Notes: generated from the letters alone by a model not told the origin. Positions 25,201 to 38,566 are shown, counted from the stretch's first letter. The stretch is 62,000 nucleotides of DNA from Lytechinus pictus (GCF_037042905.1 NC_087245.1:1612001-1674000), one strand, 5' to 3'. Translations and numbers: made by a program.

Positions 25201-28200
25201 ACCATTATTGATAATCGATATTCCGTAAAATCAAATTAAATCCTAATAGGCCTACGTACGGATTTCGAAGTGTTTCATACGATATTAAAAATGTTATCTT
25301 CGTATGTATGATTTGGCTATGGTTTATTGTGGTTTCATTGCATTTATATCCTTGCAGTGAACTCTTTTTTTTCTCAAAACTTTGTGTAACCTTCTTTCAA
25401 TATACACCTTATATTATGAATATCACGCATTTACTCGAAGTAACAAGATTGAGATAAGCTTTATTACATCAAGCTGAGAAGGACATTGCACTCCACTTCA
25501 AGATTTCGATATCTTTGTAAGATTTAGCTCATTCTGTGATCTCTCTTTATTTGATTTCTTCATGTTTTGATCTTCACAGCGGCAGCTGTGCACAACAATA
25601 TAATCCGCATTCAATAGTATGATCCATGAACAAAATTATCTTAAGTCTCTACACTCAGTCCGACACTTATTACCACTTTCCCAGTATCATCTCATTTCAC
25701 TTGTCTTACACAAAGAGATGAAGACAAAAAACCTTCTTAAAATCATCTCCTTTTCGCTGGAGAGAGCTGTTTGCTCAATGCCAGGTGGGGTTGTGTTTGA
25801 ATCCATCTCTCTTTTTTGTTCAGTCTTGCCTTTACGAAGTGACAAAAGCTCGACAGCTTGGGATTATTACGTAAGAATGAAACGCCGTGTTTTCTGTTCA
25901 GGGAATCAATAGGGGTTGTGCTTATCCTCCAGACCAGTGTGTCCACGCGCCAAATATCGATTTGAATGGATGATGATGTAGAGAATAAAAGAGGAGCACG
26001 CGAACCAATAAAATGATGCTCAGAATCCCTCTGGATATAATGTACAAAGGATTGTCTGTCGAAGATTTCACGAATGTTCACACTGCCACTCTTTTCTTCG
26101 CAGCAATTACACCTTTTCAATATCAAGGAAGTATCGCATAAAAAAAAAAAAAAAGTTATTCGTTTTTATTACACCTAGTAAAGAAGACAAAAGAAACATG
26201 CAGGTTTTGATTTATATGACGTTATGGAACATAATATAGGTAAACATAACATATTTAAGGATTCATTCATTTGCGTGTATATACATGTACATGACTGTGC
26301 ATGACATAGTTAAAATGTAATAATAATCAAATTGGCGATTTTAAGAACCAGTTATTTCTTATCATCGAATATTGAAGTTATTTGTAAAAGTGAATTTATC
26401 ACTTCCTCTATAAAATAACAAATTAATGCAAGCTTATTTGCATTTTAAGTGAAATATATGTACATTGAATAAATGATTCAGCTACCTAAGGTTTTCTTTT
26501 CAATATCGATGCAATATTAGACCAATTATACCAGACATACATGGAAGAACAACCGCCGTAATTACCCTTGCAATTCTCGTCAGTCTCCTCCGTCTTGATA
26601 AGCGCCGAGGTTCCGGTATAAAATGAACCGGTGACTACGGGTTGTATCGATTTCTTTCTTTATGAGCGAAAGGGCAGTTAGGTCCATGGTTAAAAGAAAG
26701 CGCTGTCGTGTTATCATCCTCACTTTGTTATACCGTCGATCATTGTCTTTTTTTTACTTCCGTATTAACCAAAATTAATGGAATGTAAAAGAATGCACGA
26801 TGTTTTTATGATATTCCAGCTAGGCTGTAAGAAGGGTTTAATTAGAAGGCCCAGGGGGGCCACTTACATTGACGAGTGGATACCATGCGCGACCAAAAAA
26901 ACACGTAAAAAGGATGTCTTTTTCACGATAGGGCACGTTACGTACGTAACGTGATAAGGGTGTCAAAAACACAAAAATAATGAAAAAAGGGTATCTATTT
27001 CGCTAGGAAAATTGCGTGTTTAGGGTCGAATTCGCGGGGATGATAAAACAAAATTAAAATGTTTTATAAAGGATGTCCTTTTTGCCCCAACACTTCGTGT
27101 TTAGAGTCCGATTTGCGCGAGGTGTAGAAGGTGGGGTCGTACTAAACCAAATAAGGTAAAGCCGACGACCGAAGGACCCGTAACAATAAAACATTTTTGT
27201 TTAGGGGTTCATTCAGGGAACATTTGCCAAGAGTAACGTTTTGTTACCAATATTTGTTAAGGGTATGGTTTCACACGCCAATACTTGTTAAGGGGCGCAT
27301 TTTCAGAATATATGGAAATTACGTGTTTAGGGTGCTTTTCGAGACCCCATGGTCGCGCATGGTATCCACTCGTGAATGGAAGTGGCCCCCACCCCCCCCC
27401 CCGGGTTAGAAGGATACATAATTATTTTTGGCGAAGTAACGTTACGTATCAATCATGTATGTAAGCAATGGAGTACAGCCCTGGACAGGCACTGACAGGG
27501 GCAAAAATGGCCCTAAAGGAAGGGGATGTAACTTCAATTGTGCTTCACATTCATCATTTATTGGGTCATTCACTTTTAATATCAACTACACTGAATGAGA
27601 TTTCTTAAAGAAGAAGTATTCTCATAGCATCTTATTAGCACAATGATTATGTTCACAACATTAGCTTATATATTTTCAACTCTTCATATTGATTCTCTGT
27701 TCGTTCAGCTGTTTAACTTTCTATCATTACACTGATGACCAAGATGCTTATCATTCTCCATCTGATAAAGCACAAAGGGGTTTCAGATACTCAATTTCTT
27801 TTGATAAATCTCCACTCGTTCCCTTATCTTGTTTGATATAATTCACATTTGAAACCTCCAATTATCGATCGTTCTTACTTTGAATAATTTAAATGGATTT
27901 CCCCCCCCCCCCCCCCATTCTTACAGCGCATCCATACAGGAGATAAACCCTTCGCTTGTGAACTATGCGGAAGAGCGTTCCGACAACCCGGGAACCTTAC
28001 CCGACATCGCCTGACCCATACTACGGTCAAACCTTACGTGTGCACGCAGTGTGGAAAGGTAAAAAAAAAATGCAAATTCAAATCATTTCACTTATATGCC
28101 TCATTAATTTTCATATTACATTTACAATTATGAAACAGTTAGTATAACCTTCCTACTTTTAACATGCTTTATGAAACGGGGCCAAAGAGTGGAAATTAAA

Positions 28201-31200
28201 AGGTGAATTTAATCATTTTCCTCTTAGAGAGCATTCGAAATTCAATTATGTTTAATCCAATAAACAAATGAATAAGTGTGATAGCTGATGAGAAAATAGA
28301 CAATTCAAAATTAATATTCATTTAAAAAAAAAGACCATTACTTCCGGAAATCTTGTTTAAAAGCTTTTGCTGGTCTTTACCCAGTTGTTACGCAACCTGT
28401 TAGTAAACTTTATACGAAAGTTCCTTTATTTCATTGGTTTGAAACAGTCAATATTCAGTTATTGGAAATATTCATTTTAAGAATATTGTATGCGAATCCA
28501 TTGTAATGTATTCATGATGCTGTGGAAATAAGTCCTTAATGAAAATGCAATTAATGGTCCAAGAAAATTATCAACGGAAAATAAAGTAAAATATATGTGC
28601 TGTAATTGCTACTGTGATTCTATTCAGCCTAAGCATTTGTGTTTGTTTTCTGTTTTTATTATAAAATAACAGGCGTTCAACCGAGCATCGAATCTTCACA
28701 CTCACATGAGAACCCATACCAACTACAAACCATTCGTGTGTCAGTACTGTGGCAAGGGATTTCATCAGAAGATTGATATGAAGATTCATTCCTATACACA
28801 CACTGGTAAGAATATTATTTATAACGATCCACCTAAGACACAAACACACACACACACATCTACCCCACAAATAACAGCGCACACACACACCCCACCCCCC
28901 ACAAATAACAACACACACACACACCCACAAATAACAACATACACACCAGCGGCGTACCCAGGATTTTCCAAAAGGGGGGCAATTTTTTTGGAGGATATTT
29001 GGAGAAAATTTGACAAGCAAATAAAAAAAAAAAAAAAAAAAGGTCTTCGACCACCAATAAAGGACATTTCGTATTAGAAAAAAAATTGACAAGCAAAAAA
29101 AAAAAAAAGGTTTTCAAGTTTTCATTTTGATTATCAAAAGGGGGGGGGGCGTCCCCTGGATCAGTTGTGCCTCGTCAGGGGGGTAGGGGTACGTCCCCTG
29201 CATGAGTTGTGACTCGTCAGGGGGCAGTCTGTCCCCCTTAGGTACGCTAGTGACACACCCCCATAAATAACACACACACACACACACACCTACCCCCACA
29301 AATAACAACACACAAGCCCACACCCACAAATAACACACACAACCACACATACCCCCACAAATAACAACACACAAGCCCACACCCACAAATAACAACGCAC
29401 ACAACCACCCCCACAAATAACAACACACAAGCAAGAAACGGACGACATCCTCAACCTTTTCTAAACTCATCCCTAAAAATCTCAAAGCTCATGTCAGTTT
29501 TTTATTTTAAGTACTCGAATAGGATACTTCAAAGTGAACTTTTGGAAACGCAAACTGTTTTAATTTTCCATATTCGTCCATAGATACCTTCTTCTATTGT
29601 ATCGTGGTGTTTTGTGTATCTGTTGTTGTTTTATTAGAAGTACTTTACTTTTTTAATAAGAATTTGGCATACGCTGCATGGATTTGTTTAGTTTATTTCG
29701 AATTGAAACCCAAGCCCTGGCTGATGCCTCTCCCGTTTATGTATATAAAGATATTTTGATGACGCAGAAGTTTGCAACAGAAAACAAGGAGAGTCAAAAC
29801 CAGTTATAGACCTATGGATTTTCAGTGATGCTGTATTTCCATGTTATCAAATAGCAGTAATGAACTTCTGTATAAGTTAATATTTCTTGCAGTATTGATC
29901 AGATCTAAGATGTAATTAAGAAATTCTAAAATCATGATTATTAATGTGTATTTAAAGATGTTCTTGCAGTCTGTATCTTTCTTTGTGGTGAATTTATTAT
30001 ATACGGTTATCAAATAGAATCGCTGCATGGATTTGAAAGAGAAATAAACGAAGCCATTCCCACAGCGCTTAATAGGATTAAAAATTCAAATGACTATTTT
30101 GCATTCACTTATATATTCTTACTGAAGGTAGGATGATTACAGTCACGATACTGTTTAATTTCCTCAAAAGTTAACGTCAAAAATCAGTTACGAAAAGAAC
30201 CAAAAGTCGGAATAAAATTTCGGAAAATGCAAATTAATATCAAAGAAAAATCTGTCAAGTTTATTTTGAAAAATCTTTACCTTATTCTTTTTTTTTTTGG
30301 TCATCTCTATTTTCCCTTGGCAGGTGAAAAACCGCACAAGTGCAAGAAATGTGGGCGTGGCTTCAAGCAGTTGACCCACTTGACCTACCATATGCGCACG
30401 CATTCGGAGGTCAAGATGTATACATGCGCCTACTGTGGGAAGGGTTTCAACCAGAAAGGAAATCTACAGGCACACATCTACCGACATACTGGTAAATTAA
30501 CCTCATGAAAATCAAATATATTCAGAAATTGCTAAATATTTGCATATATGGGTTATCCAAACATTGGGAATATCGGGTTCCAAAAACCTTAAGTTTTGCG
30601 TTAATTTAAGCTTTCAATCCATGCAGGCGATAGTCCATTTCAAGCACTTTTTTCAAGATTTATAGTTTACGGCCTATATCCAACAAAATATATAGTCTCG
30701 TTGTTTCCACAGGCATTATCTATTTTACCTTGTGCATCACATATTTTGTTATCAATAAGAACGATTTATGCTTTATATACACAGTGTTTGTTATCAGTTA
30801 TGCCATTGAATATATGTTATGTATGTAAGTTGTATTATTTTCTGTTGTAATGAATAAATAGATGAATACGAATAAAATACAACTTGTCAACATTAGCTCA
30901 CAATAATAATATTTCCTCGGATCTAAATAGAACTGAAGGGGAAAAAATCTTACAAAAACTTTAAAAATAGTAGTTAATCATGATCATGGACATAGACGGT
31001 ATCAGTGGTATGAACAATAAACAATTCGATTTTATATCGAATTTCATACATATACAAGTAATACAACATTAATGTTGACCGCTTCATTTTTCTCCTTACT
31101 TACAGGTGAGCGTCCTTACCGCTGTGAAGTTTGCAACAAAGGTTTCACATTGGCGAGTACTCTTAATACTCACCGCCGCACACACGCCGATAAAAAGCCG

Positions 31201-31302
31201 TTTGCTTGTCAGTACTGCGGTAAAGATTTTTACCAACGTAATGCCTTGAAAAGTCATCTTTTAGCATCTCACCCATACACTGATGGAGAAAGCTTATTAT
31301 AG
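22264..31302 (+). CDS. SNAG-domain C2H2 zinc-finger repressor, Gfi/senseless- and Fezf-related, 8 fingers, 703 aa: join(22264..22354,23720..25110,27927..28058,28673..28805,30324..30491,31106..31302)
   Basis: ACCATG start with the SNAG motif MPRAFLVK. The six exons have GT-AG boundaries and phases 1,0,0,1,1 and total 2112 nt. Fingers: [104 protein letters not shown]. Stop TAG at 31300-31302. Confidence 0.9.
26850..27405. mobile_element. Non-autonomous DNA transposon (CCC..GGG termini, 8-bp TSD) in coding intron 2 of the SNAG-ZF gene
   Basis: TIR CCC(A/G)GGGGGG..GCCACTT..ACGAGTGGATACCATGCGCGACCA. Perfect TSD TTAGAAGG at 26842-26849 and 27406-27413. Superfamily not assigned. Confidence 0.8.
28840..29430. 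repeat. CA-rich minisatellite (CCCACAAATAACAACACAC units) interrupted by a MITE
   Basis: Repeated ACCCACAAATAACAACACAC motifs on both sides of 28947-29252. Confidence 0.8.
28947..29252. mobile_element. hAT-like MITE
   Basis: Termini CAGCGGCGTACC ... GGTACGCTAGTG. The TSD is obscured by the CA-rich host repeat. Confidence 0.55.
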
Positions 31303-31490
31303 GCATCCTTCTCTTATACGATTTGTATTGTTTTATATAGAATTGAGCAAAGACCCGACAACTCGTGTCTTATTATTTATATTGAAATCATCTTTCTTTT
31401 CAATTTTTAAGCCAGAATTTGGAATACGTTTTATTGCAAAGTATATACCCGGAAAATGGTTTCAAAGAATTTTATTTAGATATTATTGTT

Positions 31491-31652
31491 CAGGGATACG
31501 TTTCATCAACATTTTTGTCTAACATGTTGTCAGATCTGACAACTTGCATTGATTCTGATTGGCTGACAAGCACTGTTACCATAGTAACTGTCGAAAAAAC
31601 AGGACTTGTCGGATAAAACTTAAGACAAGTTATTTCATGACACGCTCACCAG
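31491..31652. mobile_element. Short MITE, family A copy 2 (probable 3' UTR of the SNAG-ZF gene)
   Basis: CAGGGATACGTTTCAT ... ATGACACGCTCACCAG. Homologous to 1330-1485. An AATAAA lies downstream at 32171. Confidence 0.75.
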
Positions 31653-32981
31653 GTGTTTGACGAACTGACATACGGTCATACTACTCAAAACTTGATGATT
31701 TACGATATTTTTTTTCAAAATATGATTGCAAATATTTCAATAATCATTTACAGCTCTGTACGACAAATACAGTATGTCGATTTTAGTGCTTAATATTCTC
31801 ATAACCAACTTGGACAGGTATTTGAATGATTTAATTCCTCTCTAAAAGTATGTTTCCATCCAATCTACCTGTAAGATATCATATATTATTTGCCTTTACC
31901 TAACATCATGTATTATTCATTATTTTGCTGATGTTAAATACTTAATACTTTTAATCGTTTTTTATAATATTGTTATTATTTATGTTAAAGCCATGTAGAT
32001 ATATTCTTATCTGTGAATTCCAAGGTTATGTGTGAATCATAATGTGCAATATATTAGTAGCATAGATAATCAATACTCATCTTTTCTCATTTTTACAATA
32101 AGCCTTGAATGAACAACTACTAAAATGTAAATACCTATCAAACTTGTTCCATGTATTCAAATTATGTGAAAATAAATTCATGTAAATTTCAGAGAGAACA
32201 TGCATGTTTAAAATTATGTTGATGGTAAAGGTGCACCATGCGGTGCCTTTAAGAAGGAATAAGAATATAAGAAGGAAACATTGTATAAAACAAGATTATC
32301 CAAAAGTTAAAAATATATGATTTTCGCATGTCAAAAAGTGAAAAGGTAATGCTCAATTTTATGTAATGGTATCGTTTTTTTTTTTTTTCATCCTATAATT
32401 ATTGTCAATTATAATTTATCATCAAATTATACTCTAACGTGGTTAACATTTTTGCCATATTATTTGAACAAGTTTTATTGAAATATATGGTAAGTTAGGG
32501 ATTATGAATCTCCCTTGATATTTTAGCCAATAAATTGTCCTATCTAACTCACCCAATGGAACAAGTGTATATTTATCATTAGGGCATATCATTGTTCCCA
32601 TTTGCTATATTGTATTGGACATGTGTATGTATTTATGTATACGTGCGCTTGTGGGGGCAATAGGGATGTTAGGGTGACTGGAAGTGTGTGTGTTTTTAAG
32701 GTCAAATCCACTTCTAAAATATCAATAGAGAAAAATAAAACAAGCGTAATGCTGAAAATTTCATCAAAATCGGATGTAATATAAGAAAGTTAAGACATTT
32801 TAAAGTTTCGCTTATTTTTCACAAAACAGTTATATGCAGAATACAGTAATATAAAAATGAGAGGGTCGATGATGTCCCTCTCATTGTTTAATTAAACAAC
32901 ATTTCAATTTTTAAATATTTGACAATAAGGAAACATACGAAGCCCCAAACCGGACATTTTTGACATCAAAAAAAAAAAAAA

Positions 32982-33430
32982 AATTATCACGTACGTACGC
33001 AGTATTATTACGTACGTACGTAATATTATTACGTACGTACGCAGTATTATTACGTACGTACGTGATAATTATTACGTACGTACGTGATAATTATTACGTA
33101 CGTACGTGATAATTATTACGTACGTACGCAGTATTATTACGTACGTACGCAGTATTATTACGTACGTACGTGATAATTATTACGTACGTACGCAGTATTA
33201 TCACGTACGTACGCAGTATTATTACGTACGTACGTGATAATTATTACGTACGTACGCAGTATTATTACGTACGTACGCAGTATTATTACGTACGTACGTG
33301 ATAATTATTACGTACGTACGCAGTATTATCACGTACGTACGCAGTATTATTACGTACGTACGTGATAATTATTACGTACGTACGCAGTATTATCACGTAC
33401 GTACGCAGTATTTATTACGTACGTACGTAA
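32982..33430 (+). repeat. Tandem array of 21/22-bp units (CAGTATTATTACGTACGTACG / TGATAATTATTACGTACGTACG), left arm
   Basis: About 21 units read directly from the sequence. Confidence 0.95.
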
Positions 33431-33911
33431 TGTTATCTCCCAAAAGGTCATACATGAATTCAAATACCGGTAGTTACTGAAATCTGATCACGCTAGCGCG
33501 AAGCCCGCAGGCTTTAAATTTTTATGTGGGCCTACAATAGGCCTTCTGCTTTGATTGTTCCCGCATAGAATTTCCCTTTAAATACCAGCCTCTTCAAATA
33601 GTTTTTCTTTTTTTAAACACCTATACATCTTCACTTAATTTACATCAATTAATACCATATCATATTCAAATTTAAGCAGAGAACGAAGCAATTTCAAAAG
33701 GGTGGTAAAATAATAGGGGCTCATCCCAGTGTCGCGTGTGGGTACATTTTTGAAAAAAACTGTCTCGCCAAAACACTAACATAATAGGCCTTTAATTGTC
33801 CTTTCCCCAATGTGTTTCTAGCAGTTTCTGAAAGGAATGGTTTAATTGAAAACACAGCCTGATGACGAGAACAAATGAATGGTTATCATATGAATATTGT
33901 GGGTTATATAG

Positions 33912-36900
33912 CAGGGACCTGGGAACTCGCGGGGGTGCTGGGGGTGCTGAAGCACCCCCAAATTTTTCCTGGGGGTGCTGCGTGTATTATTTTCCATAGG
34001 CAGCACCCCCACGAAATCAGGTTCCCTTTGTATTTTTTATATATGTTATAATGTACATAATTATCACATCCGACAATCGCAAATCATATACAACGTCTTT
34101 CACATATTCCAATAACATCCCTCCTATAACATGTAACGCGACTCAATCAAGCTCCGGCACGCCGATACAGACGTAGTCGCGCGCGATACGTGATCTTTTT
34201 TTTTTCTTTCAATCTTTATTGATCAAAAAATAAATCACAGTACAAATCAAACAAATCAACAAGCTATTTACATGATTAAACAGAGCAGCACTTACGTACA
34301 TGTAGGTATGTACTTGTCAAGACAGATTCATAAAACAAATTAGATATCAAATCTCCACTTTTTAAAATGTACAGGTAATTTACCATTTTTCTTCGCCAAA
34401 ACATATTCAATATCCTTAATACCTTTGATACGAGCTTTTAATTCCACAATATTGGGGTTTTTGTTATTAAATTTACAAAAGTGAACATAGTATTTGAAAG
34501 CAAGGAAAATGAATGTTAGAAAATTATCACCTTGAATACCAAAAACCTTTACAAAGGGGGAAAGGACAATATTCGAATGTTGTTTTTGGTTTATTATAGA
34601 TAAAAGATCATCCCATACAATGTTAACCACCGGACAATCACAAAATATATGTACAATTGTTTCAGGGTCTCTTTTACAGAATGAACAGTTTGGGGAATCT
34701 TTTCTCTTGATTTTAAATAAAAATGCATTAAGGGCAATTGTCTTATGAAACACCTTGAAATAAAATGATCTGAGGCGGCTATCAATAGTACTCTTAAAAT
34801 TCAGCATATGTATTTTCTCCCAGTCTACTTTGTCGTTAGAAGGGCACGACTCTTCCCAAAAGGAAATACAATTATCTGGGAGACATTGATCGAAAAATAT
34901 CGAGTATGCATAACTGCTAACTTTCCTTTTCTCTAATAATTTATCTACAACTTCGGAATTGATATCTAACCATGGACCAGGAATATTTTGTAATAGAAAA
35001 TTAAATTTTCTTCTATCTTTTGCTGAAATTTCAAAGTCGAGAACTAACTCTTCAAATAACTTGTAACCTGGATGGGGTGGATTAAAGAGATCACTTATAA
35101 AAACTATGCCCTTATTAAACCAATTTCCATAAAAGAAAAATTGTTTAGATTTGGATCTGACATTTCTATTAAACCAAATACAATGTGAATAACCCAAATA
35201 CAAATAATCATAACCAAACTCTTTTCTGGAAGCTTTATCTCTAAACAAGTACCAGGTCCGGATTGAGTCTGCAAGTAGGGAACAATTTAAATTATTCAAA
35301 ATTTGTTCAGGTGCATGGGCCTTCCACAAAATGTCCCTCATTGCATTAAATTTGTCTAAAAAGGAAACTTCAATTAATTTCCATCCACTATTGTAGTTAT
35401 CATTTAACAAAAATTTTACCCAAATCATTTTCTGAGCCAATGAAAATGTATAGGGATCAACCATCTTGAGCCCACAGGCAGAAAAGTCATTACAAAAATA
35501 TTTCCTCTTTACTCTGTCCCTGCCTCCATTCCAAATAAATCTGTAAAATAAAGTATTTAGATCTTTAAAAAATTTGCTTGGAATTTTAATACACAAAACA
35601 GATAGTAAATACAGCAACTGAGGCATTAATAAAGTTTTAATAACACAGATTTTTCCAACAAAAGACAAATTTCTTGAGCGCCAACAATTCAATTAATATA
35701 TTCTCTATCTGCCTCAGTTTAGGAACATAGTTAAGACTATACAGTGAATTAAAATTCAACGAGAATTGAATACCCAATGTTTTGAAAGAATTATCTCTCC
35801 ATGTTAGACCTCTTTCAGCAAATGGGAAATCTTGACAACCTTTTTTCCTTCCTATCCAGATAGCTTCTGACTTAGATAAGTTAAGCCTACACCCTGAACT
35901 ACTAGCAAATTTATCAAGCACTTGAATTGTTATATTAAAAGATTCCAAGGAACCATCCAAAAAACAAGTTGAATCATCCGCCATCAATGAAATTTTCACT
36001 TCTTCATTTTGGATTGGAATACCTTTGATAATGTCATTTTGTCTCACAGCTAAAGCCATTGTTTCAATTACAAGTAAAAAAAGATAGGGGGAAATTGGGC
36101 ACCCTTGGAATATGCCTCTTTCCATATTAATTACCTTAGTTAAAAATCCATTATTCATAACATAACTTTTCCTCTCGCAATAAATGTTTTTTACCCACTT
36201 AATAAATTTTGGATAACCATTATAGTTTACACACTACCATGACTACTCGATAGCAGAGAGGGACAAGGGTGTGGTTGGACTTGAAACTTAGAGGGTTTTA
36301 TGTCGAATCAAGTGTGGGCGAGCCCGACCGCCCGTGTTTTGTATAAAGAATTACAATTCAGACAATAAAAATCAAATTTCAGTCTTTTTCGCCCTGCCCC
36401 ATGGCCCTGGGAAGCGGGGGTGTTGGGGGTGAAGCACCCCAAAATGTGGGGGTGCTGCATGTGTTATTTTCCATAGGCAACACCTCCTGGAAATCTAGTG
36501 GTAAGTTGATGAATGACAGAAATGTAATGAAAATGAACGACGTTTTGTAGACCCCACCCCCTTAAGAATTTTCCGACACAGTACTTAAAATAGTGTTTAA
36601 ATTCACCCTTTTTCAAATCGGAATATCAAATATTTTCTGCTCGTGCTTCGCGCTCGCATTATTGATTTTTATAATAAAAACAAAGTATTTACAACGCCCA
36701 GATACTAAAGGGCTAACTCTAAACACGCGCACGCATGTTTATTCAGATACGCAGCTTGTTTTGGGGCTACTCCGGGCTGAAAATATTTATATCAAATACA
36801 ATTTTATGAAAATCTGATAACAAATAGTTATGTTATTTAATTCTAAAGTTTAGCAATAGTTTATGAAAATGGTGATATGCATGTCGTCATGAATATTAAA

Positions 36901-38566
36901 TAGGTGGGTTGACATGTGCGGAAATCTCTTCCCAAAGGTAGAGGGACCAGGGCCTGCATGGAAAATTTGACAAGCATAAAAAAAAGAAAAAAAAGTTTTT
37001 CACCCAAAATGTAAGGTCATTTAGTCCAAAAGCTATTATTTCGATTGTGAAGTGATGTATTTTTCTCCATGAAAGACCAAAAATAGTAGGGGGGCATTTG
37101 ATATTGTGTCCCCCTACTATTTTTGGTAGGGGGACACGTCCCCCTGTCCCCTCTGGGATTTCCGCCCTTGCGGGTTGAAGATATCACATCCCCACTATCC
37201 TGTTTCTTGTGTTATTACATGGAATCAAAATTGTTTAATTTTTTCATACCAGTGTGAATGATATGTCTCCCTTATAATGAAATAAGTTGCAGCAAAGAAT
37301 ATCTAATAGACTAAATCAGTTGTCAATTCAACTGTTTTTTGGTTCTTGAAGGGAAAATATCAAATAAACCTAATTTTATATAATAAAATACAAAAGAACA
37401 ATTGGGGATATGACATCATCAGTTTGCTCACTGAATATTAATGAAGACATGCTTAAAACTGTTTCACCGGAATAATGCTAATCTTTAAAATGCAATAACT
37501 TTGATATTCCTTGTCGGATTTTGATCAAATCTTTATTCTTATGTTCGCCTGATTTCTCTTTATCTGTTCAAACCATATTGCATTCAGTGTGGAGTTTCAG
37601 ATCAGAATATCAAAAATTTTCTGCTCGCGCTTTGCGCTCACATTATTAATGTAAGAATATATCCAATTACCCATCATTTTCTTGATTTTCAAAACATGAA
37701 TAGAATGTCCCTATTATAGGTCTGAAATCTCAATTTTGTTTCCGCTCGCTCTTTGCGCTCGCATCAATTGTATAGTTATATACCTATCCTGTTCATGATT
37801 AGAAAAGTGCTTAAGATGTCCTGTTTTTAGGTCTGAAATCTCATTTTTAATTCCGCTCGCGCTTCGCGCTCGCATCAATTGTATATTTATATACCTATCC
37901 TGTTCTTGATTAGAAAAGTGCTTAGAATGTCTCGTTTTTTGGTCTGAAATCTCAATTTTGTTTCCGCTCGCGCTTCGCGCTCGCATCTTATCCTGTTCAT
38001 GATTGCAAAAAGTGCTTAGAATGTCCAGTATTTAGGTCGGAATGTCAATTTTTTCAGCTCGCGCTTCGCGCTCGCATTATTTGATTGGTGATATATGAAT
38101 CGTCTTAATGAGTATAACTGCAAACATTCCTTATAACACTTCCCTTTCGATCAGACCAGAGCGCGAATATCTGCTCGCACTGATCACGTTCGCAGTTATT
38201 ATTTGTTACATACGCATCTTGTTCAGGACCACAAACATTGCTCAAAATATTCAATTTTTCAGGACAAAATACATGAATTTCCCCCCAAAAAAATAGCTCG
38301 CGTTTCGATCGCGCTCGACTTATCTCATTATATATCTATGTTCTTTTATAAGAAGAAAGCTAAGAAGTGACTGTCATATATGTATATATATATATATATA
38401 TGTGTGTGGGGGGAGGATTGGTTGGTGTGTGTGTGGTGCCCTTAGAGGTGTGTGTGTGTGTGTAATTATGGAAAATTCAATTATTGTGTCCCGCGCGGCC
38501 GGCGCCCCCCCACCTTTGAGGAGAGATTTCAGCACCCCCACTGAAAAAATCGTTCCCAGGTCCCTG
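33912..38566. mobile_element. hAT-like non-autonomous element nested in the IS3EU-like element
   Basis: Perfect 15-bp TIR CAGGGACCTGGGAAC and perfect 8-bp TSD TTATATAG (33904-33911, 38567-38574). Internal GCTCGCGCTTCGCGCTCGCAT repeats at ~37600-38320. Confidence 0.85.
34195..36220 (-). mobile_element. 5'-truncated L1/Tx1-clade LINE (RT C-terminal part plus zinc-binding domain), frameshifted
   Basis: ORF 35637-36158 has RT motifs GIFQGCPISPYLF and SLMADD. ORF 34340-35692 has WRSRNLSFVGKICVIKTLL and CSFC..ETIVHIFCDC. Frameshift near 35690. AATAAA (plus-strand TTTATT 34215-34220) and a poly(A) tail at ~34195-34206. Confidence 0.9.

Noticed and set aside
27473..27495. REST/RE1-like motif (TACAGCCCTGGACAG)
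   Set aside because: Left half-site and spacing deviate too far from the consensus.
22264..31302. Assigning the symbol GFI1 or FEZF
   Set aside because: Eight fingers, no Gfi1 QSSNLITH helix, and SNAG instead of eh1. Orthology cannot be set without a phylogeny.
32982..33430. CRISPR-like array of short palindromic repeats
   Set aside because: No unique spacers (only two or three unit variants) and no cas genes. The context is eukaryotic, and the array is mirrored at 38734-39036 as a transposon arm.
34340..36158. Host gene or domesticated RT
   Set aside because: Frameshifted, 5'-truncated and poly(A)-tailed, i.e. an ordinary Tx1 LINE copy.
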